The position numbers were made by a program, and so were the translations under genes. From contig PYJC01000090.1 of NCBI GenBank assembly GCA_003635255.1, positions 7,880 to 71,879 on the forward strand: 64,000 bases of DNA. The letters run 5' to 3'. Source of the stretch: Candidatus Poribacteria bacterium. Lineage in GTDB: Bacteria > Poribacteria > WGA-4E > WGA-3G. Shown here piece by piece: positions 55,146 to 62,953 of the stretch (position 1 is the stretch's first letter; each line of letters starts with the position of its first letter). The notes beneath the pieces were generated by a model. That model was not told the DNA's origin. It did not search any database and was given only the letters and a program-made list of their open reading frames with translations.

Positions 55146-55679
55146 CTCCTCTATTGTGTCAATTTCAATTCGAGCATTCGTATAGATACAAATTTCACTT
55201 GTGAGTTGGAGTGCTTCTGAAACAATCTCTTTTGCGGTCAGGTCCGAGTATTTGAGCATAGCTTTCGCGGCTGCGAGGGCAATAGATGAACCGGAACCGA
55301 TAGCGATCACATCGTCGTCAGGGGCGATCACATCGCCGTTCCCTGAAATGAGGTAACCGTCGTTGGCATCCGCGGCGATCATAAGGGCGTCTACTTGTCT
55401 GAGCACCCTATCGCTGCGCCACTCCCGTGCGAGTTCTACTGCTGCTTTTTGGAGATTACCACGGTACTGCTCAAGTTTCTTCTCCAAATTTTCGTACAGC
55501 GTGATTGCATCCGATGCGGAACCTGCGAAACCGATCAGCACTTTGTCGCTATGGATCTTGCGAATTTTGCGTGCGCCGTGTTTAATCGCTGTATCTCCGA
55601 GCGTGACTTGCCCATCGCCACCAATAGCGACGTGCCCATCACGCCGAACGGCTAAAATCGTTGTTGAACGAATTCGCAT
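55125..55679 (-). CDS. hslV: ATP-dependent protease subunit HslV
   Basis: 184 aa. MRIRS-TTILAVRRDGHVAIGGDGQVTLGDT carries the catalytic N-terminal Thr context. The last codons (LSVNS*) are encoded by the heptamer array. Confidence 0.95.
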   Translation of the reverse strand: MRIRSTTILAVRRDGHVAIGGDGQVTLGDTAIKHGARKIRKIHSDKVLIGFAGSASDAITLYENLEKKLEQYRGNLQKAAVELAREWRSDRVLRQVDALMIAADANDGYLISGNGDVIAPDDDVIAIGSGSSIALAAAKAMLKYSDLTAKEIVSEALQLTSEICIYTNARIEIDTIEEELSVNS

Positions 55680-55713
55680 GCTTCTGATTTTCCTTCCTCA
55701 CAATCAACGGGTT

Positions 55714-56445
55714 TCATTTCGATACATAAAACAGTAGAAAACTGAGAAACTGGAATGCCCCCATAAAGATACCACATCGTATCCCCGCCAGACCTGCGTG
55801 TTGTGCCCTCAAAAAATTGCCTGCTACCCCAAAGAAATACGGACACAATAGAAAGGTGAATAGAAAAGCGAGTGGCAGAAAAATCGGTACGGATGCAATC
55901 TGTGGTATGTGATCAATCCGTAGCGCATTCCATAGCCACAGATGCACGCCCCCCAGTCCGTAAATCACGATGCTTCCAACCGCAGCACCGATGCCAGTGA
56001 TGACTGTTGCCAACATTGCGGTCGCTATGCGACCAACCTTCGGCGCGTCCGATTCAGTCTCGAAACGGGTTTGGAAAATCGCCACGAGTCGTTGATAACA
56101 GTAGGCCGCCAGTGTCGCGAACACCATCCAGTTCAAGATTATCGCAATGGGTGTGGTTACATTTCCAAAAAAATCTGGATCCCGATAGGCAATGAGGTGC
56201 GCTTTCCACGAGAACAACCAGTCCATCGGTGCGTATGTGAGTACCGTTATGCACCCAAAAATAGCACTGTTTGAGAGCAGGGACGTATCTTCGTCAATCT
56301 GCCAAAGAGAATAAAACAATAAAAATATCGCAATCAGCACATTTGGATAAAGGATCCAAATAGTCCCAATGCGACTTACTATTAAGAACGTTAGAAGTGT
56401 CGTACCTGTTACAGCGAAAACCACTTTGTCCGTTTTGATTCCCAT
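55714..56445 (-). CDS. polytopic membrane protein, unknown function
   Basis: The ORF-track GTG start 56508 overlaps the arsA-like gene by 32 nt. ATG 56445 (MGIKTDKVVF..) avoids the overlap. About 7 hydrophobic helices. Confidence 0.65.
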   Translation of the reverse strand: MGIKTDKVVFAVTGTTLLTFLIVSRIGTIWILYPNVLIAIFLLFYSLWQIDEDTSLLSNSAIFGCITVLTYAPMDWLFSWKAHLIAYRDPDFFGNVTTPIAIILNWMVFATLAAYCYQRLVAIFQTRFETESDAPKVGRIATAMLATVITGIGAAVGSIVIYGLGGVHLWLWNALRIDHIPQIASVPIFLPLAFLFTFLLCPYFFGVAGNFLRAQHAGLAGIRCGIFMGAFQFLSFLLFYVSK

Positions 56446-56476
56446 ACACTTCTCAGTTCCCCTTTTTATTCCTGAC

Positions 56477-57658
56477 TCATCCGTCAAACTTAACGACGAG
56501 TTGGTCACCGGTTAATTTCGCGCTTGTCGTCTTTTTATTAGCGAGCGTTCGCGGTAATGCGACGTGTTGCTTGAAACTTCCGACAGTGATAGCCAATTCA
56601 TCGCCGTGTTTTGTTAAACCGATCTCTTCTTTACTCAGAAACGGGAGCCGCATAGACAGTTGATAGCCATCTGCTGTTTTTCGGAATTGATACGGTCTTT
56701 CCTGAGAAAATTGATCCGCTGGATCAATCTCGGCATAGAGTGCCTCTGCCAACCGGTGCAGTCCGGTTTCTCCGACAATTTCTTCGGCGAAGAGGTCCAC
56801 TTTCCAGATAGGTACGTCTGAAAAATAGTCCATCGCTTCTTTAATATAGTGTTGTTGCGCCTGTTTCCAAGTTTCAAAATATGCTGCATCAACGCCATCG
56901 GGAAAAATGCGATTGATAATCACTGCGTCAATGCAGAGTCCGTAAAGGCAAAAGTACATGAAGGCGCGTTGTGTCTCTTTGATAACAATTTTTTCTGGAT
57001 TCGTCACCAAGCGTACCGTCGTGATTTTGGGATCTGTCAAGACACCATCAATCCCTTCCAATTTATCAAAAAGGTCTTGGATATTTTGGAAATAGTTATC
57101 CCGAGGCATCGGCACTGAACTCACTTTTTCGATCACGGGACCGGCGACTCTTGCGAGATTACGTTCTAATTTGAAAATATGGTTCATGTACCATTCCAAC
57201 GTCGTCGGAATACTCACAAATCGGAGGGACTCTCCAGTGGGTGCGCAGTCGAGGATAATGACATCGTAACTTTTCTCGCGAACATACTGGTTGATATAGA
57301 GCAGTGCGCAAATTTCCTCCATCCCCGGGAATACGGCTATCTCCTCTGCGACGAGGCTGTCAAGTCCGGAGCGATTCAGTAGAGATCGGATGTAGTTGTA
57401 CACATCATCCCAGTATTCAATAATCGCTTCTTGAACGTTAATTTCCTGTATCCAGAGGTTTTCACTGATTTGGATCTGTTTTTCTTTTTGTTGATGGACA
57501 AGTTTTTCATGGTTATCGAAAGCGTCGCGGAGTGAATGTGCTACATCAAGAGAGATTACGATCGTCTTATAACCAAGTTCAGAGAGTTTAATGCCTGTAG
57601 CGGCAGCGATGGTTGTTTTGCCGACCCCACCTTTACCCGTGTAAAGGATAATTCGCAT
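56477..57658 (-). CDS. ArsA/GET3-family ATPase fused to a C-terminal Hsp20/alpha-crystallin-like domain
   Basis: 393 aa with deviant Walker A YTGKGGVGKTT and ILDCAPTGESLR. The C-terminus YQLSMRLPFLSKEEIGLTKHGDELAITVGSFKQHVALP...LVVKF is ACD/CS-like. Confidence 0.85.
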   Translation of the reverse strand: MRIILYTGKGGVGKTTIAAATGIKLSELGYKTIVISLDVAHSLRDAFDNHEKLVHQQKEKQIQISENLWIQEINVQEAIIEYWDDVYNYIRSLLNRSGLDSLVAEEIAVFPGMEEICALLYINQYVREKSYDVIILDCAPTGESLRFVSIPTTLEWYMNHIFKLERNLARVAGPVIEKVSSVPMPRDNYFQNIQDLFDKLEGIDGVLTDPKITTVRLVTNPEKIVIKETQRAFMYFCLYGLCIDAVIINRIFPDGVDAAYFETWKQAQQHYIKEAMDYFSDVPIWKVDLFAEEIVGETGLHRLAEALYAEIDPADQFSQERPYQFRKTADGYQLSMRLPFLSKEEIGLTKHGDELAITVGSFKQHVALPRTLANKKTTSAKLTGDQLVVKFDG

Positions 57659-57997
57659 TATTGAGTTCCTGTATGTCGGATTCCATATCGAATTGTCTAT
57701 AGTATAGCATAAAAAAAATCAGTATGCAAGGAAGCGGTTGAATATTGAATGACGCTGACCACTGTAAAATGAACATTTGCATTAAAAGTAGAGAATGGGT
57801 ATAATAACCCAAGTTGCTACCTATGCCAAGATACCGATTCAATTTCAAAAAAAACGTAATTAAAACATATAATTATTATATAATGTTTAATTAAATTTGT
57901 CTTTATATGGTTAATTATACCTGAATTCAATTTATATATCAACTTAAACTTTGCGCTATCAATGTCTTAGAAAACTGACTATCTCCTCATTGAATTA

Positions 57998-59134
57998 ATG
58001 GCACATAAGAAGATTATCATCATCGGTGGTGGCGTGATTGGACTCGGTATCGGGTGGCAACTTGCGAAAGCGGGTGCTTCCGTCAGGATCTATGAGCGTT
58101 CGGAAGCCGGGCGTGCTGCCTCTTGGGCAGCCGCTGGGATGCTCGCCCCCCTCGCCGAGGCTCACACTGAAGAATCAGCACTGCTGAAGTTAGGATGTGA
58201 AAGTTTAGCACGCTATCCGCAATGGGTCCGTGAATTAGAAGCAGACGCAGAGATGTCTATCGGCTATCGGATGGAGGGTACGCTCATCATCGGATTAGAA
58301 CCCGATGATACATATCAACTTCGGCATCTCTACACTGCACAGCAAGATTTAGGGTTGGATGTTGAGTGGTTGAGCGGACGAGCGGCGCGTGAAATTGAGC
58401 CGGTCCTTTCGCCGCGTATCACTGCAGCGATCCACTGTGGGACCGATTATCAGGTTGATAACAGACAGATGGTTACAGCACTCCAGCGTGCTTATCAGGC
58501 TTGTGGCGGCGTGCTGCATGAAAACAGCACCACTGAAAGAATCGTCATAGAAAACGGTATTGCAACGGGTGTTCAAACGCAAGAGGGTTTCCAAACGGCA
58601 GATATGCTTATTCTCGCAGCGGGATGCTGGTCGGCACAGGTTGAAGGACTGCCAGAGACAATCGTTCCGCCGGTGCGTCCTGTGAAAGGACAGATGTTGG
58701 CATTGCAGATGGAAGCAGGGATCGAAATAAACTCTGTTATCCGCACGATCCGTGCCCGGTATCCGACATCGGTATATCTGGTACCGAGAGACGATGGTAG
58801 ATTGATCGTTGGTGCGACGAGTGAGGAGATGGGGTTTGACACACGTTTAACGGTTGGCGGTGTGTTTGAGCTGCTCCGTGGTGCGTGGGAAGCGGTGCCG
58901 GGTATTTATGAATTGCCGATTCTGGAGACGTGGGCAGGCTTACGTCCCGGCAGTAGAGACAATGCCCCTATACTTGGTGAAACACCCGTTGAGAATCTGA
59001 TATACGCGACAGGACACTATCGTAACGGCATCCTACTCACGCCAATTACGGCTTACGAGATCACTAAACTGGTTCTGACGGGTGAGACTTCAGAGATAAT
59101 TGCAGGGTTTCGATTAGACCGATTTTTAAAGTAG
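57998..59134 (+). CDS. thiO: glycine oxidase ThiO (FAD-dependent)
   Basis: 378 aa with a dinucleotide fold IIIIGGGVIGLGIGWQLAKAG and a C-terminal GHYRNGILLTP. thiS lies immediately downstream. Confidence 0.85.
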   Translation: MAHKKIIIIGGGVIGLGIGWQLAKAGASVRIYERSEAGRAASWAAAGMLAPLAEAHTEESALLKLGCESLARYPQWVRELEADAEMSIGYRMEGTLIIGLEPDDTYQLRHLYTAQQDLGLDVEWLSGRAAREIEPVLSPRITAAIHCGTDYQVDNRQMVTALQRAYQACGGVLHENSTTERIVIENGIATGVQTQEGFQTADMLILAAGCWSAQVEGLPETIVPPVRPVKGQMLALQMEAGIEINSVIRTIRARYPTSVYLVPRDDGRLIVGATSEEMGFDTRLTVGGVFELLRGAWEAVPGIYELPILETWAGLRPGSRDNAPILGETPVENLIYATGHYRNGILLTPITAYEITKLVLTGETSEIIAGFRLDRFLK

Positions 59135-59172
59135 TAGGCACACGTCGTGTGCCGTAACCACACTCAAAAAAC

Positions 59173-59379
59173 ATGAAAATACGCGTTAACGGCGAAGACA
59201 AAGAGGTCCGTTCAAATTTAAACGTTCACGACCTGCTAGTCACTTTAGAACTGAATCCGGTGCAGGCTGGCATCGCTGTTGCGGTGGATCGGGAAGTTAT
59301 CCCGAAAACAAAGTGGCAAGCCACGGAGCTTCGCGAGAACAGTGAAGTCGAGATTATTCGTGCTGTCCAAGGGGGATAG
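59173..59379 (+). CDS. thiS: sulfur carrier protein ThiS
   Basis: 68 aa with a ubiquitin-like pattern, ending in ..AVQGG. Confidence 0.85.
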   Translation: MKIRVNGEDKEVRSNLNVHDLLVTLELNPVQAGIAVAVDREVIPKTKWQATELRENSEVEIIRAVQGG

Positions 59380-59394
59380 TTTTTGGCATCTCTT

Positions 59395-59417
59395 TTGTAG
59401 GAGGGGTTTCTAACCCC
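59395..59417 (+). repeat. hairpin repeat C (tgtaggaGGGGTTtctAACCCC), left copy
   Basis: Lies 16 nt after the thiS stop. An inverted copy is at 60062..60085. Confidence 0.75.
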
Positions 59418-59476
59418 GATGCCCCAAATCCGATACCGATCGGAATCTAACAGGTTATGTTCAAAATTGCACCATA

Positions 59477-59643
59477 TCTGAATCGCGGAAGCCACAGAGG
59501 ACACAGAGGACGCGGAATGAAGAGGTTTTTTGTTACCGATCCGATCTCTTGGAAAAGGCAATGTCCGAATCACGATAGCCTTTTCTGTATTCTCCGTGTT
59601 CTCCGCGTTCTCCGCGATTCAGACAGTTTCCGTGATTCAGACG
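59477..59643. repeat. inverted TCTGAATCGCGGA ends with 9-nt tandem repeats flanking a ~70-nt core
   Basis: Left: tctgaatcgcggaagc cacagagga cacagagga cgcgg. Right: tctccgtgt tctccgcgt tctccgcga ttcaga ... ccgtgattcagacg. Confidence 0.7.
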
Positions 59644-59765
59644 ACAAGAGAATCCACCTCACCCAAGCAAACATAAAACAAGATGTCTATGATTCGCAAA
59701 TTACCGAAGTAATAAATTCAGGATTTACGCAAATTTAGTACGCGATGGTAAATTTTGCAGTTTTA

Positions 59766-59821
59766 AACCCCCTAAATCCCCCTTATCAGGGGGACTTTAA
59801 GAGGAAATGCGTAAGTCCTAC
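59766..59821. repeat. repeat family A, orphan copy in the thiS-HEPN gap
   Basis: aaccccctaaatcccccttatcagggggactttaagaggaaatgcgtaagtcctac is identical over ~55 nt to 45669..45724. Confidence 0.85.
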
Positions 59822-60061
59822 TTAATATACTCACGTGAGTTTGATAAAAGTGAGACGTTGGATTTCGCTTAGACTTACAACCCGCAACTTGGGTTATAAT
59901 CAGTCAATTTTTGGAATTGTTTTAAATTATAAAACGATAAAGTCTATATATGACTAAAATTATAGGGTATTTTTAGAAAAAAAGCAAATAAATTTAATTC
60001 ATTGCGTCTTGCGTAAGTCTTGGAAAAGAAAATAGGTTTTCGGGTGGCAGCAGTCTCAATT

Positions 60062-60085
60062 GGGGTTAGAAACCCCTTCTACAGG
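60062..60085 (-). repeat. hairpin repeat C, right (inverted) copy
   Basis: GGGGTTagaAACCCCttctacagg is the reverse complement of the left copy with 2 mismatches. Confidence 0.75.
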
Positions 60086-60150
60086 TGCCACTGAACAAGT
60101 TATGGCGCAATTGGAACCAGACCCCTGTGAGATATGGATTAAAAAATGAC

Positions 60151-60180
60151 TTGATAAAGAGACTTTGACGGTGCTATACT
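60151..60180 (+). promoter_or_regulatory. candidate promoter of the HEPN/MNT module
   Basis: TTGATA-18 nt-TATACT, 41 nt upstream of ATG 60221. Confidence 0.3.
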
Positions 60181-60273
60181 AATTGGAAAAGTTTAAGGAT
60201 AGATTTGTGGGCACAATACTATGCAAAGTCAAGAAGTTCGTTGGGTTCAACGTGCAAATAGTTTTGAGAGGGC

Positions 60274-60645
60274 TTGGATCGATTAAGGGCGGCTGTCAAG
60301 CTTGCGGAACAACGGGAACTCTCAGACTTAGAAGCACAAGGGTTGATACAAGGCTTTGAATACACGCATGAACTTGCTTGGAAAACCTTGAAGAACTTCC
60401 TTGAAACACAGGGAACTCTGAACTTGTATGGTTCGCGCGACACAACCCGAGAGGCCTTTCGGAGCGGTCTGATTGAAAACGGTGAAGTCTGGATGAATAT
60501 GGTTGACAAACGTAACTTAACCTCGCATACCTACGATGAAGAGATTGCAGCCCAAGTTGTCATGACTATCCGAAATGCTTACTTCGCTGAATTTGAGAAA
60601 TTTCTCATCCGACTACAGCAACTGAAAGCGGAAGGAACCCTTTAA
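60274..60645 (+). CDS. HEPN-type nucleotidyltransferase-substrate-binding protein (HI0074 family toxin); the N-terminus appears frameshifted
   Basis: LIQGFEYTHELAWKTLKNFL and RNLTSHTYDEE (R-x4-6-H HEPN motif). The family-typical N-terminus (MQSQEVRWVQRANSFERA) is encoded from ATG 60221 in a different frame that stops at 60284..60286. Confidence 0.8.
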   Translation: MDRLRAAVKLAEQRELSDLEAQGLIQGFEYTHELAWKTLKNFLETQGTLNLYGSRDTTREAFRSGLIENGEVWMNMVDKRNLTSHTYDEEIAAQVVMTIRNAYFAEFEKFLIRLQQLKAEGTL

Positions 60646-60647
60646 AA

Positions 60648-60953
60648 ATGCAACACGGTTTGTCTGCTCAGACGCTTCAAAAAATCCACGATGTTTTGGT
60701 TCGATATCCACAGGTAGAGGAAGCCGTGTTATACGGTTCTCGCGCCAGAGGCGATTATAAAAACGGATCTGACATCGACCTGACGCTTCGCGGTGGGAAT
60801 GCACTGACGCACACGACCCTCTCCCAAATCGCAAACGATCTTGACGACCAGCTGCTACCTTATACCATCGATCTGTCTATTTTTGGGAATATCCGTAACC
60901 CTGAGATGGTTGAACAAATCGAACGCGTTGGTGTAGTATTTTATAAAAAATAA
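60648..60953 (+). CDS. minimal nucleotidyltransferase (MNT, HI0073-like antitoxin)
   Basis: 101 aa with LYGSRARGDYKNGSDIDL (G-S-x10-D-x-D). The start is 2 nt after the HEPN stop. Confidence 0.9.
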   Translation: MQHGLSAQTLQKIHDVLVRYPQVEEAVLYGSRARGDYKNGSDIDLTLRGGNALTHTTLSQIANDLDDQLLPYTIDLSIFGNIRNPEMVEQIERVGVVFYKK

Positions 60954-60956
60954 GAG

Positions 60957-61185
60957 TAGCCGTCAGCGTCAGCAATCAGCAGTCAGAGGATTAGCCGTCA
61001 GCGGTCAGGGCGGTCAGAAAAGAGATGTTAGATTTATCTACGGGGAAATACCGTTTTTGCTTGGGGTCTTTGATAGGGTGTTTCTGTGTATTTCTTCTAA
61101 GCAAAAATACCGCTCTTTGCTGATGGCTGATGGCTGACAGCCATTCTTGCTGATAGCCGATGGAGAACTGATAACCGACAGCTGT
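60957..61185. repeat. composite element: inverted (agcNgtc)n / (gctgaNg)n arrays flanking a copy of the tttttgcttggg core
   Basis: Left arm agccgtc agcgtc agcaatc agcagtc ... agccgtc agcggtc; core 61051..61097; right arm gctgatg gctgatg gctgaca ... ctgataa ccgacag. Lies between the MNT stop and the thiG start. Confidence 0.85.
61051..61097 (+). repeat. repeat family B core, copy 5 (inside the composite element before thiG)
   Basis: ccgtttttgcttggggtctttgatagggtgtttctgtgtatttcttc. Confidence 0.75.
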
Positions 61186-61201
61186 TGAAAAGAAACAAAA
61201 A

Positions 61202-61975
61202 ATGCAAGAATTCAAAATCGCCGATCAAACCTATACATCAAGACTGCTTATCGGAACAGCGGGGTATCCGAATTTCCATATAATGACAGATGCCATTGCG
61301 GCAAGCGGTGCTGAGATTGCTACCGTGTCAATGCGGCGTGTGAAATGGACGGATAATACATCCGGCGAAAATCTGTTCGCGCTCCTACGTGAACGGGGTA
61401 TGACGATCCTTCCGAATACCGCGGGCTGTTTCACAGCGAAAGACGCGATCCTGACGGCGAACCTTGCGCGAGAGGCACTTGAGACATCGCTTATCAAGCT
61501 CGAAGTTATTGGCGATGAGCAGACGCTGTTCCCAGATGTGGAGCAGCTGCTCGGCGCGGCGGAGACACTTGTCAAAGACGGTTTCACAGTACTACCGTAT
61601 TGTAATGACGATCCGATTACCTGTAAAAAGTTAGAAGATATAGGCTGCGCTGCAGTGATGCCGTTAGGCGCGCCGATTGGGTCAGGGATGGGGATTCGGA
61701 ATCCTTATAACATCCAGATTATCCGTGATCTTGTGCAGGTGCCGCTCATTGTGGACGCTGGTGTCGGAACGGCATCGGATGCAGCGATAGCGATGGAATT
61801 AGGCTGCGACGGTGTTTTGCTCAATACAGCCGTGGCGAAGGCGCATCGTCCGGTGCTGATGGCGGAGGCGATGAAAAAAGCGGTTGAAGCGGGTAGGGCA
61901 GCATTTTTAGCCGGTCGGATTCCTCGGAAACTTTATGCGACCGCCTCAAGTCCACAAGCGGGAATGATTGAATAA
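61202..61975 (+). CDS. thiG: thiazole synthase ThiG
   Basis: 257 aa with [11 protein letters not shown], the Schiff-base Lys context LIKLEVIGD, and [13 protein letters not shown]. Confidence 0.95.
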   Translation: MQEFKIADQTYTSRLLIGTAGYPNFHIMTDAIAASGAEIATVSMRRVKWTDNTSGENLFALLRERGMTILPNTAGCFTAKDAILTANLAREALETSLIKLEVIGDEQTLFPDVEQLLGAAETLVKDGFTVLPYCNDDPITCKKLEDIGCAAVMPLGAPIGSGMGIRNPYNIQIIRDLVQVPLIVDAGVGTASDAAIAMELGCDGVLLNTAVAKAHRPVLMAEAMKKAVEAGRAAFLAGRIPRKLYATASSPQAGMIE

Positions 61976-61998
61976 AGGCAAAAGATCAGAGTAACTGC

Positions 61999-62463
61999 GT
62001 GAAAACACCTTTTTACAACTGGAAAATTTACCTTGATACGTGTTGTTTGAGCCGCCCTTTTAATGATCAAACACCAATTAGGATTCGTCAGGAAACGGAA
62101 GCCATTGAAATAATCCTCAAAAATTTCAGTACAGGCGATTGGTCCTGGATTGTTAGTGGAGCTCTAACGCTTGAAGTTGACAACAACCCAGAGGTGAGTC
62201 AACGCAATGAAATGAAATTTCAGATGGCTGATGCATATATAGATGTCTCGATCAGTGAGATAGAAATAGCAAGGGGTAGAGATCTTGAAAAGTTAGGGTT
62301 CAAGCGATTAGATGCTTTGCACCTTGCGTGTGCCGAAAAAGGCAATGCGGATGTTTTCCTCACAACAGATGACAGGCTCCTTAGAAGGGCAAAAAGGCTC
62401 AGTTCCAAATTGCGTGTCCGCGTCGAAAATCCTTATGAATGGCTACGGTCAGGAGATAATTAA
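61999..62463 (+). CDS. PIN-domain ribonuclease (toxin)
   Basis: 154 aa with the first acidic residue in KIYLDTCCL and the later DALHLACAE ... FLTTDDRLL. Confidence 0.85.
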   Translation: MKTPFYNWKIYLDTCCLSRPFNDQTPIRIRQETEAIEIILKNFSTGDWSWIVSGALTLEVDNNPEVSQRNEMKFQMADAYIDVSISEIEIARGRDLEKLGFKRLDALHLACAEKGNADVFLTTDDRLLRRAKRLSSKLRVRVENPYEWLRSGDN

Positions 62464-62464
62464 A

Positions 62465-62953
62465 ATGGACGTTCTAAAAATGGCAGATAATGAGGTTTAC
62501 AAACTGGGAATCGAGGCACTTGCAGCTAAACTTGGTGCTGCTGGCGTATCACGGTTCCTTAAGCAGATTCAACCACTCACTGGTGATTACTCGATTGAAC
62601 GGCATGAATGGCTGGATAATTTACCAGATATGGACACTCTCATTGAACAAATTCGCCAAGCAGGTAAGGACGCAGAAGCCGAACGGAACCGTATATCCAA
62701 ACTGAAAGCTTACGTTTCTAAAAATGGGAAACCACTGGCAGCACGTATCCAGAAAATCTCAGATGAAGACCTTCATAAACTCGGACTTGAAGCCCTCGTG
62801 GATAAACTGAGTATTGCTGGTATGCCGCGGTTCATCCGACTCTGTGCACCGGGGACGGGCCCTTACGCAATCGACAAGCACAAACCGCCCAAACTGGATT
62901 CAGTACCGACCTCCCAAAAGGTTAAAAATGAACACTCAGTAGATAAAAAATGA
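62465..62953 (+). CDS. PIN-partner protein with two tandem ~60-aa repeats (putative antitoxin)
   Basis: The ORF-track start 62312 lies inside the PIN gene. ATG 62465 sits 1 nt after the PIN stop with AGGAG 9 nt upstream. Repeats: VYKLGIEALAAKLGAAGVSRFLKQIQPLTGDYSIERHEW / LHKLGLEALVDKLSIAGMPRFIRLCAPGTGPYAIDKHK. Confidence 0.7.
   Translation: MDVLKMADNEVYKLGIEALAAKLGAAGVSRFLKQIQPLTGDYSIERHEWLDNLPDMDTLIEQIRQAGKDAEAERNRISKLKAYVSKNGKPLAARIQKISDEDLHKLGLEALVDKLSIAGMPRFIRLCAPGTGPYAIDKHKPPKLDSVPTSQKVKNEHSVDKK

Noticed and set aside
57659-57997. TPP (THI-box) riboswitch upstream of thiO, and oriC
   Set aside because: No CTGAGA / ACCTGATCTGGATAATGCCAGCG-like core is visible on either strand. No TTATCCACA-type DnaA boxes and no dnaA/dnaN neighbours are present.
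59226-59738. ORFs 59457..59738 (+) and 59226..59573 (-)
   Set aside because: They are translations of the 9-mer tandem repeats and hairpin repeats (RGHRGRG, LRVLRVLRDSDSFRDSD), and the minus-strand ORF overlaps thiS antisense.
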